Shown here piece after piece: positions 1 through 11,341 of a DNA stretch of 64,000 nt. The stretch spans positions 1,125 to 65,124 of the forward strand of contig JACPZW010000009.1 in the NCBI GenBank assembly GCA_016195265.1, given 5' to 3'. Within the stretch, counting starts at the first letter, position 1; each line of letters begins with the position of its first letter. Origin of the DNA: Acidobacteriota bacterium. Lineage in GTDB: Bacteria > Acidobacteriota > Vicinamibacteria > Vicinamibacterales > CAVVIG01. The position numbers and the translations under genes were made by a program. Under the pieces are notes generated by a model, which was not told the origin of the DNA, searched no databases, and worked only from the letters and a program-made list of their open reading frames with translations.

Positions 1-1
1 C

Positions 2-286
2 TGCCAGTACTGCGGCGATCCGTTCACGACCTCCGAGCTGACCTTCGATCATGTCGTGCCGGTCGCCCAGGGCGGCCGGAAGGACTGGGAGAACATCGTC
101 ACGGCGTGCGTGACCTGCAACCGGAGAAAGGGCGGCAGGACGCCGGCGGAAGCCGGCATGCACCTGCTGAGGCCGCCGAAGCGCCCTGAATCCGCTCCGG
201 CCATCCGCATCACCGTCGGCTTGCGAAACGCGCCCGACAGCTGGCGCGACTATCTGTACTGGAACGTCGAGCTCGACGACACGTAA
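2..286 (+). CDS. HNH endonuclease (McrA-like); 5' end lies outside the window
   Basis: Frame 2 reads CQYCG...FDHVVP...[14 protein letters not shown]. This gives two Cys pairs plus the His/Asn of the HNH beta-beta-alpha metal motif. It is the same frame as track ORF 56..286. Confidence 0.8.
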   Translation, partial: CQYCGDPFTTSELTFDHVVPVAQGGRKDWENIVTACVTCNRRKGGRTPAEAGMHLLRPPKRPESAPAIRITVGLRNAPDSWRDYLYWNVELDDT

Positions 287-1296
287 TGCCCCCGCGCGTC
301 ACCGCCATTCATCCGCGCTGCGCGATTGAAGGCGGACGCATCACGATCGACGGCGCAGACTTCCCGATCGATGAACCCACGCTGCCGGAGGTCCGCGTGG
401 GCGACGCGCCCGCGCGCGTCGTCTTCGCGTCGCCGACCCGCCTCGGCGTGATCGTGCCCGCGGGACTCGAGTCGGGCCGGGCGACGGTCCGCGTCGCGGG
501 CGTCGCCGGCGCGACGCTCCTGCTGGACGTCGCCGCGCCGTTTGCGACCGGCCTGCATCAGGTCGACAATCCCGTCTTCGATCGCGACGGCAACCTGTAC
601 GTGACCTACAGCGGATCGCGCGGCCAGCAGGTGCCCGTGTCGATTTTCCGCGTCCGTCCCAACGGCACGCGCGAGTCGTTCTCGTCGGGCATTGTGAACC
701 CGACGTCGATGGCGATCGGTCCCGACGATCGGCTGTACGTGTCGAGCCGGTTCGAAGGGACGGTGTACCGCGTGGCGCCGGACGGCTCGGTCGAGCCGTT
801 CGCGACCGATCTCGGCGTCGCCTGCGGGCTCGCGTTCGCGGCGGACGGCGCGTTGTTCGTCGGCGATCGGTCGGGGACGATTTTTCGGGTCGATCGCGAC
901 GGCAAGACGAAGACGATCGCGACGCTGCCCCCGAGCATCGCGGCGTTTCACCTGGCCGTGAGCCGGGATCGCGCGCTGTACGTCACCGGGCCGACGCTGT
1001 CGTCGTATGACGCGCTGTACCGCGTCGATCCCGATCGCGCTGGCGGTGTTGTCACGACGCGCCACACCGGATTCGGCCGGCCGCAGGGTCTGGCCTTCGA
1101 CGCGCGAGGCGATCTCTACGTCATCGAAGCGCTCGCCGGCGCCAGCGGGTTGTACCGGATGCCGCCGCAGGGCGAGCCCGAGATGGTGCTGGCTGGCCCC
1201 GGGCTCGTCGGCGTGGCGTTCGATTCCCTCGGCACCCTCGTCGTCTCGTCGAACGAGACCGCCTATCGCCTGACAGGCGGCGTCCTGCCGGCGTGA
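286..1296 (+). CDS. IPT/TIG domain plus NHL/SMP-30-like beta-propeller repeat protein
   Basis: 336-aa ORF. The N-terminal region (ITIDGADF...VRVGD) is IPT-like. It is followed by repeated D-G-x-LYV / GLAFD blades. The ATG overlaps the HNH stop codon (TAATG). Confidence 0.7.
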   Translation: MPPRVTAIHPRCAIEGGRITIDGADFPIDEPTLPEVRVGDAPARVVFASPTRLGVIVPAGLESGRATVRVAGVAGATLLLDVAAPFATGLHQVDNPVFDRDGNLYVTYSGSRGQQVPVSIFRVRPNGTRESFSSGIVNPTSMAIGPDDRLYVSSRFEGTVYRVAPDGSVEPFATDLGVACGLAFAADGALFVGDRSGTIFRVDRDGKTKTIATLPPSIAAFHLAVSRDRALYVTGPTLSSYDALYRVDPDRAGGVVTTRHTGFGRPQGLAFDARGDLYVIEALAGASGLYRMPPQGEPEMVLAGPGLVGVAFDSLGTLVVSSNETAYRLTGGVLPA

Positions 1297-1420
1297 GCGG
1301 CCGTAGCCACCAGCCACCCGCCTCCGCTCGCCGATAGATGACCCGAGCTACGGCGAGGCTCGCCATAGCGCTAAAGGCGCGACGGCGGCCGGCCACCCGC
1401 CTCAAGTACAATCCCGCCCC

Positions 1421-2917
1421 ATGTCGCAACTCTTCCAGCGGAAACCGATCGCCGCGCTTGTCCCTGCTGGCGACGTCGCCGAGGGCGCGCCAGGGCTGAA
1501 GCGCTCGCTCGGCGCCGGCGATCTGATCATGCTGGCGATCGGCGCCGTGATCGGCGCCGGCATCTTCGGCGCGATCGGCACGGCTGCCGCGGGTCAGCTG
1601 GGGCCCAACGGAGAAGTGATCCGTCAGGGCGCGGGACCGGCGCTGGTATTTTCGTTTCTGCTGCTCGGCGCGGCATGCGCGCTCGCGGGCCTCTGCTACG
1701 CCGAGCTGGCCGCGATGATTCCGCAGGCCGGGAGCGCCTATGCGTACTCGTACGCGACGCTCGGCGAGCTGGTCGCGTGGATCATCGGCTGGGACCTGAT
1801 TCTCGAGTACGCCGTCGGCAACGTCGCCGTCGCGATTTCGTGGGGCGACTACTTCAACACGCTGCTCAGGGGATTCAACGTCTCGCTGCCCGACTGGCTG
1901 ACGACCGGCTATCGCACGGCGCTGCTCAGCTCCGATCCCAAGATTCACGGACTGCTCGCGTCCGCGCCGCACGTCGCGGGCGTGCCGATTCTGGTTCACC
2001 TGCCGGCGGCGGCAATCGTGATGGTGATCACCTGGCTGCTGTCGCGCGGCGCGCGTGAGAGCGCGACGGCCAACAACATCATGGTCGTGATCAAGCTGAT
2101 GGCGCTATCGCTCTTCGTGGTTGTCGGCGCCACGCATCTCAAGAGCGCGAACTACACCCCGTTCGCGCCCAACGGCTTCCGCGGTGTCCATCAGGGCGCG
2201 GCGATCGTGTTCTTCGCCTACATCGGCTTCGACGCGATCTCCACCGCGGCCGAGGAGACGAAGAACCCGCAGCGCAATCTGCCGATCGGCATTCTCGGCG
2301 GTCTCGCGATCTGCACGGCCATTTACGTCATCGTCGGCGGCGTACTGACCGGCATGGTGCCGTACAAGGAGCTCGCGGTCGCCGATCCGCTGGCCCGCGC
2401 GCTCGAGCTGGCCGGCTTCAAGACCGTCGGCTGGATCGTCGCGCTGGGCGCGGCGGTCTCGATGTCCGCGGTGCTGCTGGTTTTCCAGTACGGCCAGCCG
2501 CGCATCTTCTTCGCGATGGCGCGTGACGGCCTGCTCCCGAAATGGGCAGCGAAGCTCCATCCGCGCACGCGCATTCCCTGGGCGACGACGCTCTTCACGG
2601 GCGTGTTCGTGGCAGCGTGGGCCTTGATCGGCGACGCCGGAGAAACCTACGACCTCACGAATATCGGCACGCTGTTCGCGTTCATCCTCGTGAGTATCGG
2701 CGTGCTCGTGCTGCGCTACACCGAACCCGATCGCCCGCGGCCGTTCAAGGTGCCGTTCGTATGGCTGGTCTGCGTGCTGTCTGCGGCCGGATGCCTGTTC
2801 ATCATGTACGGTCTGCCGCAGGCGGCGTGGGAGCGCTTCGGCATCTGGCTCGTGATCGGCCTGCTGCTGTATTTTACCTACGGGTTCACGCACAGCAAGT
2901 TGCGGGTCCGTACGTAG
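1421..2917 (+). CDS. APC-family amino acid permease
   Basis: 498-aa ORF with about 12 hydrophobic segments. The N-terminal LKRSLGAGDLIMLAIGAVIGAGIF motif is typical of the amino acid/polyamine/organocation superfamily. Confidence 0.9.
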   Translation: MSQLFQRKPIAALVPAGDVAEGAPGLKRSLGAGDLIMLAIGAVIGAGIFGAIGTAAAGQLGPNGEVIRQGAGPALVFSFLLLGAACALAGLCYAELAAMIPQAGSAYAYSYATLGELVAWIIGWDLILEYAVGNVAVAISWGDYFNTLLRGFNVSLPDWLTTGYRTALLSSDPKIHGLLASAPHVAGVPILVHLPAAAIVMVITWLLSRGARESATANNIMVVIKLMALSLFVVVGATHLKSANYTPFAPNGFRGVHQGAAIVFFAYIGFDAISTAAEETKNPQRNLPIGILGGLAICTAIYVIVGGVLTGMVPYKELAVADPLARALELAGFKTVGWIVALGAAVSMSAVLLVFQYGQPRIFFAMARDGLLPKWAAKLHPRTRIPWATTLFTGVFVAAWALIGDAGETYDLTNIGTLFAFILVSIGVLVLRYTEPDRPRPFKVPFVWLVCVLSAAGCLFIMYGLPQAAWERFGIWLVIGLLLYFTYGFTHSKLRVRT

Positions 2918-3100
2918 GGCGGGTCCTTTCGGACCCGCTGGTGCGCTCGGTACGTAGGGCGGGTCCTTTCGGACCCGCTGGTGCGCTCGGTGCGTAGGGC
3001 GGGTCCTGTGGACCCGCCTGATCCGCCGGGTCCGAAAGGACCCGGCCTACACAGGTCCAAAAAGGACCCGGCCTACATGGTCCAGAAGGACCCGGCCTGT
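2914..3100. repeat. REP/BIME-like cluster of about six GTAGG-headed GGGTCC...GGACCC hairpin units
   Basis: GTAGG heads sit at 2914, 2954 and 2994, with CCTAC at 3046-3050 and 3072-3076 and a degenerate CCTGT at 3096-3100. There is a 40-nt direct tandem repeat at 2910-2949/2950-2989. The cluster fills the whole intergenic gap. Confidence 0.85.
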
Positions 3101-4108
3101 ATGTCCTCAATGTCCAAGCCCCTTGATGGAGTGCGCGTCCTCGACCTCACGCGTCTGTTGCCTGGCGCGTACGCGACGCTGCTGCTGGCCGATCTCGGCG
3201 CCGACGTCATCAAGATCGAAGACCCGCGCGGCGGCGACGGCATGCGGCATCTGCCGCTGACCGGTGGCGTCAACGTCTACTTCGATCGCCTCAACCGAAA
3301 CAAGCGCAGCGTCACGCTGGATCTCCGGTCGCCCGACGCCGCGCCCGTGCTCGATGCGCTGGTGGCACGCGCCGACGTGCTCGTCGAAAGCTTCCGGCCG
3401 TCGACGGCGCGGCGCCTCGGCGTCGACGCGGCGGCGCTTCGCGCGCGACATCCGCGTCTGATCTGCGCGTCCATTTCGGGCTTCGGGCAGGACGGTCCGT
3501 ACGCCGAGCGCGCGGCCCACGACATCAACTATCAGGCGCTCGCCGGTTTGCTCCGTCCGCCCCGGTTGCCCGGTCCGCTCGTCGGAGACATCGGTTCGGC
3601 GATGACGGCGGCGCTGCGGATCGCCGCCGCCCTGTTCGAGCGATCGCGGACCGGCGCCGGCTGCGCGCTCGATATCTCGATCCATGACGCCGCGCTCGCG
3701 TGGTCGATGTTTCCCACGCCCGTCGATTTCCCGCCGGCCCGCTACAACTTGTACGAGACCGCCGACGGTCAGTGGCTGGCGCTGGGCGCGCTCGAGCACA
3801 AGTTCTTTGCGGGATTCTGCGAGCGGCTGGGCATTCCGGTGACGGCCACGGTCGACGAGGTGCGCGCGGTGATGCGGACGCGCACGCGCGACGCATGGCT
3901 CGCGCATTTTGCCGGCTCGGATGTCTGCCTGACGACCGTCCATTCGCCGGCGCAGGTCGCCGCCGATCCGCAGGTCGTCGCGCGCGGCCTGATGTCGACG
4001 CCAGGCAGGAACGCGCCGGCGCTTAGCGCGGATACAGACGAGATTCTCGAGAACGCGGGCATCGGTGCGCCGGAGCGCGCACGCCTGCGTTCAGCGGGCG
4101 TGATTTGA
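3101..4108 (+). CDS. Family III CoA-transferase (CaiB/BaiF-like)
   Basis: LDGVRVLDLTRLLPGAYATLLLADLGADVIKIEDP is the N-terminal signature of CaiB/BaiF-like transferases. I placed the start at ATG 3101 (alternative 3110), because the 40 aa upstream in track ORF 2981 are encoded by REP repeats. Confidence 0.85.
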   Translation: MSSMSKPLDGVRVLDLTRLLPGAYATLLLADLGADVIKIEDPRGGDGMRHLPLTGGVNVYFDRLNRNKRSVTLDLRSPDAAPVLDALVARADVLVESFRPSTARRLGVDAAALRARHPRLICASISGFGQDGPYAERAAHDINYQALAGLLRPPRLPGPLVGDIGSAMTAALRIAAALFERSRTGAGCALDISIHDAALAWSMFPTPVDFPPARYNLYETADGQWLALGALEHKFFAGFCERLGIPVTATVDEVRAVMRTRTRDAWLAHFAGSDVCLTTVHSPAQVAADPQVVARGLMSTPGRNAPALSADTDEILENAGIGAPERARLRSAGVI

Positions 4109-4114
4109 TCGAGT

Positions 4115-4135
4115 CGCGACCCCGAAAGGGTCGCG
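4115..4135. terminator. Bidirectional hairpin between convergent genes
   Basis: CGCGACCC (4115-4122) pairs with GGGTCGCG (4128-4135) around the loop CGAAA. There is no clear U-tract. Confidence 0.45.
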
Positions 4136-4954
4136 CTACGTTCGAGTGGCCGAGGCCAACACCGCCGGCATCGGCAACACGAACGCATCGTCTGTCGCGT
4201 AGCGTTCCACTCCGCAGCGGACTGCCGCACGAATGGCGGCGAGCGCGTCAGGCATTTGCGCGCGCAGCAAGGCCGCCGTGCGAACACCGCCGCGCGACAC
4301 CGCCTCGAACACGGCGTCGGCGGAGCGGAGACGCCACGCCAACGCCAGCGTGCGCACCTCGATGTTCGAGAAGCCCGCGTGCTCGAGAGTTCTTCCGAAT
4401 TCCTCGGCGGCACTGAAACGGAAGAACGGCGGCCCTTCGGGCAGCGGCACGTTCGGATTGCCGTGCGCCTTCACGGCCTCGAGCACTATTCCGAACCCGA
4501 CGGTCTGCTCCGGCGCCGCCCACACGGTGAGCGCGTAGCGGCCGCCGCGTCGCAGCACTCGATGCGCCTCACCGATCGCGACGTCCGGACGGGCGAGATG
4601 GAGCAGTCCGAAGTTCATGACGACGACGTCGAACCACCCCGCGTCGAACGGCAGCGCCTCGGCGTCGCCCTCGCGAAACGTGAGTGACGGATGCCGTTGT
4701 CGTGCTTTGGCGATCATCGCCGAGGAAAAGTCGAGGCCGACGACGGTCGCGCCGCGCGCCGCGGCGGCGCCGGCGATGAAGCCCGGTCCGGTCGCAACGT
4801 CCAGCAGCCGCGTTCCGGTGGTGACTTGTGCCGCGTTCAGCAACGCTTCAGACGTCTGCGACGTCAGCGCGCCGAACGCGTCGCCGTAGTGTTCCGAGGC
4901 GCGCTCCCAGCCGGCGCGCTCGAAGTCGTGGAAGGCCGAGGAATCCGTTCCCAT
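4136..4954 (-). CDS. Class I SAM-dependent methyltransferase
   Basis: LLDVATGPGFIAGAAAARGATVVGLDFS is motif I, and the sequence has a Methyltransf_11-like core. The start is the ATG at 4954 (MGTDSS). The upstream 60 aa of the track ORF overlap the uvrA start region. Confidence 0.85.
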   Translation of the reverse strand: MGTDSSAFHDFERAGWERASEHYGDAFGALTSQTSEALLNAAQVTTGTRLLDVATGPGFIAGAAAARGATVVGLDFSSAMIAKARQRHPSLTFREGDAEALPFDAGWFDVVVMNFGLLHLARPDVAIGEAHRVLRRGGRYALTVWAAPEQTVGFGIVLEAVKAHGNPNVPLPEGPPFFRFSAAEEFGRTLEHAGFSNIEVRTLALAWRLRSADAVFEAVSRGGVRTAALLRAQMPDALAAIRAAVRCGVERYATDDAFVLPMPAVLASATRT

Positions 4955-4997
4955 GGTGTGCTGAACGATTATAGGCGTGCTACGATTTAGGATTCCC

Positions 4998-7844
<2,847 letters not shown>

Positions 7845-8052
7845 TCGGCTGTGGTAACATCGCCACAACTTTGGCCCGACTCGCTGTGGTACCGTTAACA
7901 CAAAAGAGTAATCCCGGCGCCGCGATCCGACGCCGTTCGTGTTCGCAAATTACTGTCAAATAGATCCTTATCGTGATCGATTGTGCCGAGTGCCTTCGGG
8001 CACTGCCCTTGCTTTGTCCGGCTGTGCTCAGCCCCCGTTGCCCGAGAGGCTA

Positions 8053-8967
8053 ATGGACGCACAGCGATCACTTCGTCGACAAGTTTCCTGTGTTGGAATC
8101 GGTCTGCACTCCGGCAACAAGGTCAACCTGACGCTCAAGCCGGCCCCCGCCGACTTCGGCATCCGGTTCCGCCGCACGGATTTGGGGCATCGCGAAGTGC
8201 CGGCCACGGTGGACAACCTGGGCGGCATTCAGCTCGCGACCGGCCTCGCCAGAAATGAAGTCTCGGTCGAAACCGTGGAGCACCTGCTGGCGGCCCTCGT
8301 CAGCACCGGCATCGACAACGTCCTCATCGAACTCAACTCCCCCGAAGTGCCGATCATGGACGGCAGCGCCGCGCCGTTCGTGTACCTGATTCAGGAAGCG
8401 GGCGTGAAGCGGCTGTCGACGCCGCGGACGTACCTGAAAATCATCCGCCCGATCGCGCTGTCGCGCGGCGACAAGCGGATTGCCCTGTATCCGTCGGATC
8501 GCTTCAAGGTCACCTACAGCATCAGCTACGACCATCCGCTGCTGCGCCATCAGTCGCGCACGCTGCGCATCACGGAAGAATCCTTCATCGAGGAAATCGC
8601 GCCGGCCCGCACGTTCACGTTCCTGAAGGACGTGGAGATGCTGCGCCAGAACGGCCTCGCGCTCGGCGGGTCGCTCGACAACGCGATCGTGCTCGGCGAG
8701 ACCGGCGTGCTCAACAACGCGCTGCGGTTCGAAGACGAGTTCGTCCGCCACAAGATTCTCGACGCGGTCGGCGATCTCGCGCTGGTCGGGTATCCCGTCG
8801 TGGGCCACCTGGTGGCGCACCGCGCCGGCCACGCGCTCCACACGGCGTTCGCGGCGAAAGTGCTCGAAGAGACGCACGCCTGGCGCCTGGTGCAGTCGCC
8901 GGACGAGGCCGCCGCGCTGCCGCTGACCGCGCCGGTCAAGGGCGTCGCCCCCCGGCTGGCCGACTAA
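8053..8967 (+). CDS. lpxC: UDP-3-O-acyl-N-acetylglucosamine deacetylase
   Basis: Motifs include QRSLRRQVSCVGIGLHSG, VEHLLAAL, PIMDGSAAPF and HKILDAVGDL. GAGAGG lies 4 nt upstream of ATG 8053. Confidence 0.95.
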   Translation: MDAQRSLRRQVSCVGIGLHSGNKVNLTLKPAPADFGIRFRRTDLGHREVPATVDNLGGIQLATGLARNEVSVETVEHLLAALVSTGIDNVLIELNSPEVPIMDGSAAPFVYLIQEAGVKRLSTPRTYLKIIRPIALSRGDKRIALYPSDRFKVTYSISYDHPLLRHQSRTLRITEESFIEEIAPARTFTFLKDVEMLRQNGLALGGSLDNAIVLGETGVLNNALRFEDEFVRHKILDAVGDLALVGYPVVGHLVAHRAGHALHTAFAAKVLEETHAWRLVQSPDEAAALPLTAPVKGVAPRLAD

Positions 8968-9072
8968 TCCCGCGTTTCGTCCGCCGCGTTTTTGTCACAC
9001 CGGCAGGTTTGTGCTTTCTGCTAGGCTGGCCTCTCGTTCACCGTCATACCATTCTCTAAGGGGAGCCTCACG

Positions 9073-9546
9073 ATGAAACGTGTACTTTCGTTCGCGCTGG
9101 CCTGTGCCGTCATCCTGCCGTTTGCCGCCCGCGCGCAGGGCAAGACCGACTTTTCCGGAACCTGGACGCTCGATCCGGCCAAGAGCGACGCTCCCATGGG
9201 AAGAGGCGGCCGCGGCGGCGCCGTGCCGGCCGGGCCGATCACGATGAGTCAGACGGCGAGCGACCTCACGCAGAAGCGCGGCGAGCAGACGCTGACCTAC
9301 AAGCTCGACGGATCGGAGAGCAAGAACCAGATGCAGGGACGCGGCGGCATGCAGGACGTCTCGTCGAAGGCGCACTGGGAGGGAGCCACGTTGATCATCG
9401 AGACCGTGCGCGACTTCGGCGGCATGTCGATCACGACGAAAGAGACGCGCAGCCTGAGCGCGGACGGCAAAGAGATGACGGTGGAGACCGCGGTGTCGAC
9501 CCCGCAGGGCGACATCAACACTAAGCAGGTGTTTACGAAGTCCTAA
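9073..9546 (+). CDS. Secreted hypothetical protein
   Basis: Signal peptide MKRVLSFALACAVILPFAARAQG and an AAGGGGAG ribosome-binding site. I recognise no domain. Confidence 0.7.
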   Translation: MKRVLSFALACAVILPFAARAQGKTDFSGTWTLDPAKSDAPMGRGGRGGAVPAGPITMSQTASDLTQKRGEQTLTYKLDGSESKNQMQGRGGMQDVSSKAHWEGATLIIETVRDFGGMSITTKETRSLSADGKEMTVETAVSTPQGDINTKQVFTKS

Positions 9547-9552
9547 TAGTCG

Positions 9553-9588
9553 TTGGTGGCTGGTGGCTGATGACTGGTGGCTGGTGTG
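9553..9588. repeat. GGTGGCT (CCAGCCA-family) heptad array, single arm
   Basis: The sequence ttggtggctggtggctgatgactggtggctggtgtg begins 7 nt after the stop codon of the upstream gene. Confidence 0.65.
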
Positions 9589-10045
9589 CGAATCTTCTCC
9601 CGGCTCCTGACGTCACTGGCGCTCGTCGGCCTCTGCGTCTCGGCGCAGGCCGAGCAGCGCGTCACCCAGCCGTACGTCGGCGTCACCTACATCGATCGCA
9701 CCGAGACAGCGCCGCGCGACGTGCATATGCACATCGTGCAGATCGATCTACGACGCCGTCAACGCGCGCACCGTGCTGGGCCTCTCGCGCGACGGCCGCA
9801 CGCTGACGCTCTTCACGGTCGATCGCAGCGGCAGCAGCGAGGGGATGCGGGTCGGCGAAGCGGCGGACGTCGTGATGCGGGACTACGGCGTCTGGAACGC
9901 GCTGAACCTGGACGGGGGCGGGTCGACGTCCATGGCGATGGAGGATCCGGTGACGCACGAGCGGGCGCTGATCAATCGCTCGTCGGACAACCCGGCCGGC
10001 CGCAGCGTCGGCAGCAGCCTGGCCGTGTTCGCCCGGCCGCGCTAG
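9577..10045 (+). pseudogene. Phosphodiester glycosidase (NAGPA/DUF2233-like) with an internal deletion and frameshift
   Basis: Frame 1 gives a signal peptide plus VTQPYVGVTYIDRTE...HIVQIDL. Frame 2 continues from about 9750 with AVNARTVLGLSRDGRTLTLFTVD...NLDGGGSTSM. The central part of the domain is missing. Confidence 0.55.
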
Positions 10046-10049
10046 CGCG

Positions 10050-10316
10050 TCACTTCTTCGTGAGCTTCTTCATGTAGGCTTCGAGCTTGTCGTTCTCGTA
10101 CTTGACTGTGTTCAGGAACAGGCTCTCCGCCAGGTAGGTCCGCCGCTCGGCCTCGTCCATCTGCTCGATGAGATGATGGATTTCCTTCACCATGTCCTCG
10201 AACGATCGCTCGAGCTCGTGCTTGGCGGTGACTTCGCGATACAGCGCCTCCATGACGGCGAGCAGATCGCCGTCGAGGGTGATGGAGGCGCCGGTGCTGG
10301 TCTTGATGGTGCGCAT
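10050..10316 (-). CDS. Small helical hypothetical protein, last gene of the sigma/STAS operon
   Basis: 88-aa Lys/Glu-rich ORF. Its start lies 2 nt after the STAS stop codon. No recognisable motif. Confidence 0.6.
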   Translation of the reverse strand: MRTIKTSTGASITLDGDLLAVMEALYREVTAKHELERSFEDMVKEIHHLIEQMDEAERRTYLAESLFLNTVKYENDKLEAYMKKLTKK

Positions 10317-10318
10317 CG

Positions 10319-10660
10319 TTAAGCCCCGAAGCTCTTGACGGCGCTGGCCTCGTCGGCGTGGATCTGGATGAAGTTCTGCGCGCCCGTCATGGTCAGCATG
10401 GTCTCGACGCGCTTCTGCACGCCGGACAGTTTCAGATGGCCGCCGGCGCTGGTCACCTGGCGGTAGAGGTCCATCAGGCAGCCGATCGTCGCGCTGTCGA
10501 CGTAGGTCACCGGCGCCAGATCGATCAGGATCTCCGTCCTGCCGGCGGCCAGGAGGCCGGTGACCGCGGTCGAGAAGTCGCCCAGGATCGGATACATCAG
10601 GCGCGTCTCGCCGACGCGGACGATGGAGATCGCGCCGGCCTGTTCGGTTTTCACATTCAT
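10319..10660 (-). CDS. STAS-domain anti-sigma factor antagonist (SpoIIAA-like)
   Basis: These are the last 113 aa of track ORF 10319..12313: MNVKTEQAGAISIVRV...LIDLAPVTYVDSATIGCLMDL. The ATG overlaps the sigma gene stop codon by 1 nt. Confidence 0.85.
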   Translation of the reverse strand: MNVKTEQAGAISIVRVGETRLMYPILGDFSTAVTGLLAAGRTEILIDLAPVTYVDSATIGCLMDLYRQVTSAGGHLKLSGVQKRVETMLTMTGAQNFIQIHADEASAVKSFGA

Positions 10661-11313
10661 CAGTAGGCTCCCGTGCGTGAACGAACGGGATCGGCTGGCC
10701 GCGATCCCGTCGGGCTGAAGTCGTCGCCGCGCAGCCTGCGGATCTGCCGCGCGAGCTCGGTCCGGCCGCGGTTGATCCGCGACTTGACCGTGCCCTCGGG
10801 CAGCCGCAGCGCGTCGGCGATTTCCTGGTACGACAGTTCCTGGATGTCGCGCATGAGGACGGCGGTGCGCAGCGTCTCCGGCAGCGCGGACAGCGCCTGG
10901 CGCAGCAGCGCGACCCGATCGCGCTGTTCGAGCGCGGCCACCGGCCCCGGTTCCTTCGACGCCGGCGTGAGCTCGTTGGCGTCCACGTCGCGGTCGATCG
11001 TCTCGCGCTCCTTCCGGACGCTGCGGTAGTGGTCGATGCACAGGTTGCGGCTGATGCTGATCAGCCACGTCTGGAAGTTGGCCCGCCGGTCGAACGTGTT
11101 CAGCGATTTGAAAATCTTCAGGAAGATGTCCTGCGTCAGGTCCTCGGCCTCGTCGTGCTTGCCGACGAACTTGTACGCGACGTTGAACACCTTGCGCCAG
11201 TATGTCTTGACGATCTGATCCCAGGCGGCCTGATCGCCGCTCAGGCAGCGGCGGATGAGCGCCTCGACGGCGTCCGCGGGCGATGGCGATGCGGCGGAGG
11301 AATCCTGCGCCAT
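10660..11313 (-). CDS. ECF-type RNA polymerase sigma factor
   Basis: Region 2 is DLTQDIFLKIFKSLNTFD...FQTWLISISRNLCIDHYR. Region 4 is LSYQEIADALRLPEGTVKSRINRGR. The start is the ATG at 11313. Confidence 0.9.
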   Translation of the reverse strand: MAQDSSAASPSPADAVEALIRRCLSGDQAAWDQIVKTYWRKVFNVAYKFVGKHDEAEDLTQDIFLKIFKSLNTFDRRANFQTWLISISRNLCIDHYRSVRKERETIDRDVDANELTPASKEPGPVAALEQRDRVALLRQALSALPETLRTAVLMRDIQELSYQEIADALRLPEGTVKSRINRGRTELARQIRRLRGDDFSPTGSRPADPVRSRTGAY

Positions 11314-11341
11314 GAAGGATTGAGTAGAATAGCGTACCACG

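Noticed and set aside
250-1317. 355-aa ORF on the minus strand, antisense to the IPT/beta-propeller gene
   Set aside because: The translation is Arg/Ala/Asp-rich and typical of an antisense frame in high-GC DNA. It has no motifs, and the sense strand has a coherent domain architecture.
2981-3100. N-terminal 40 aa of the CoA-transferase track ORF
   Set aside because: These residues are encoded entirely by the REP cluster. The family signature begins right after ATG 3101/3110.
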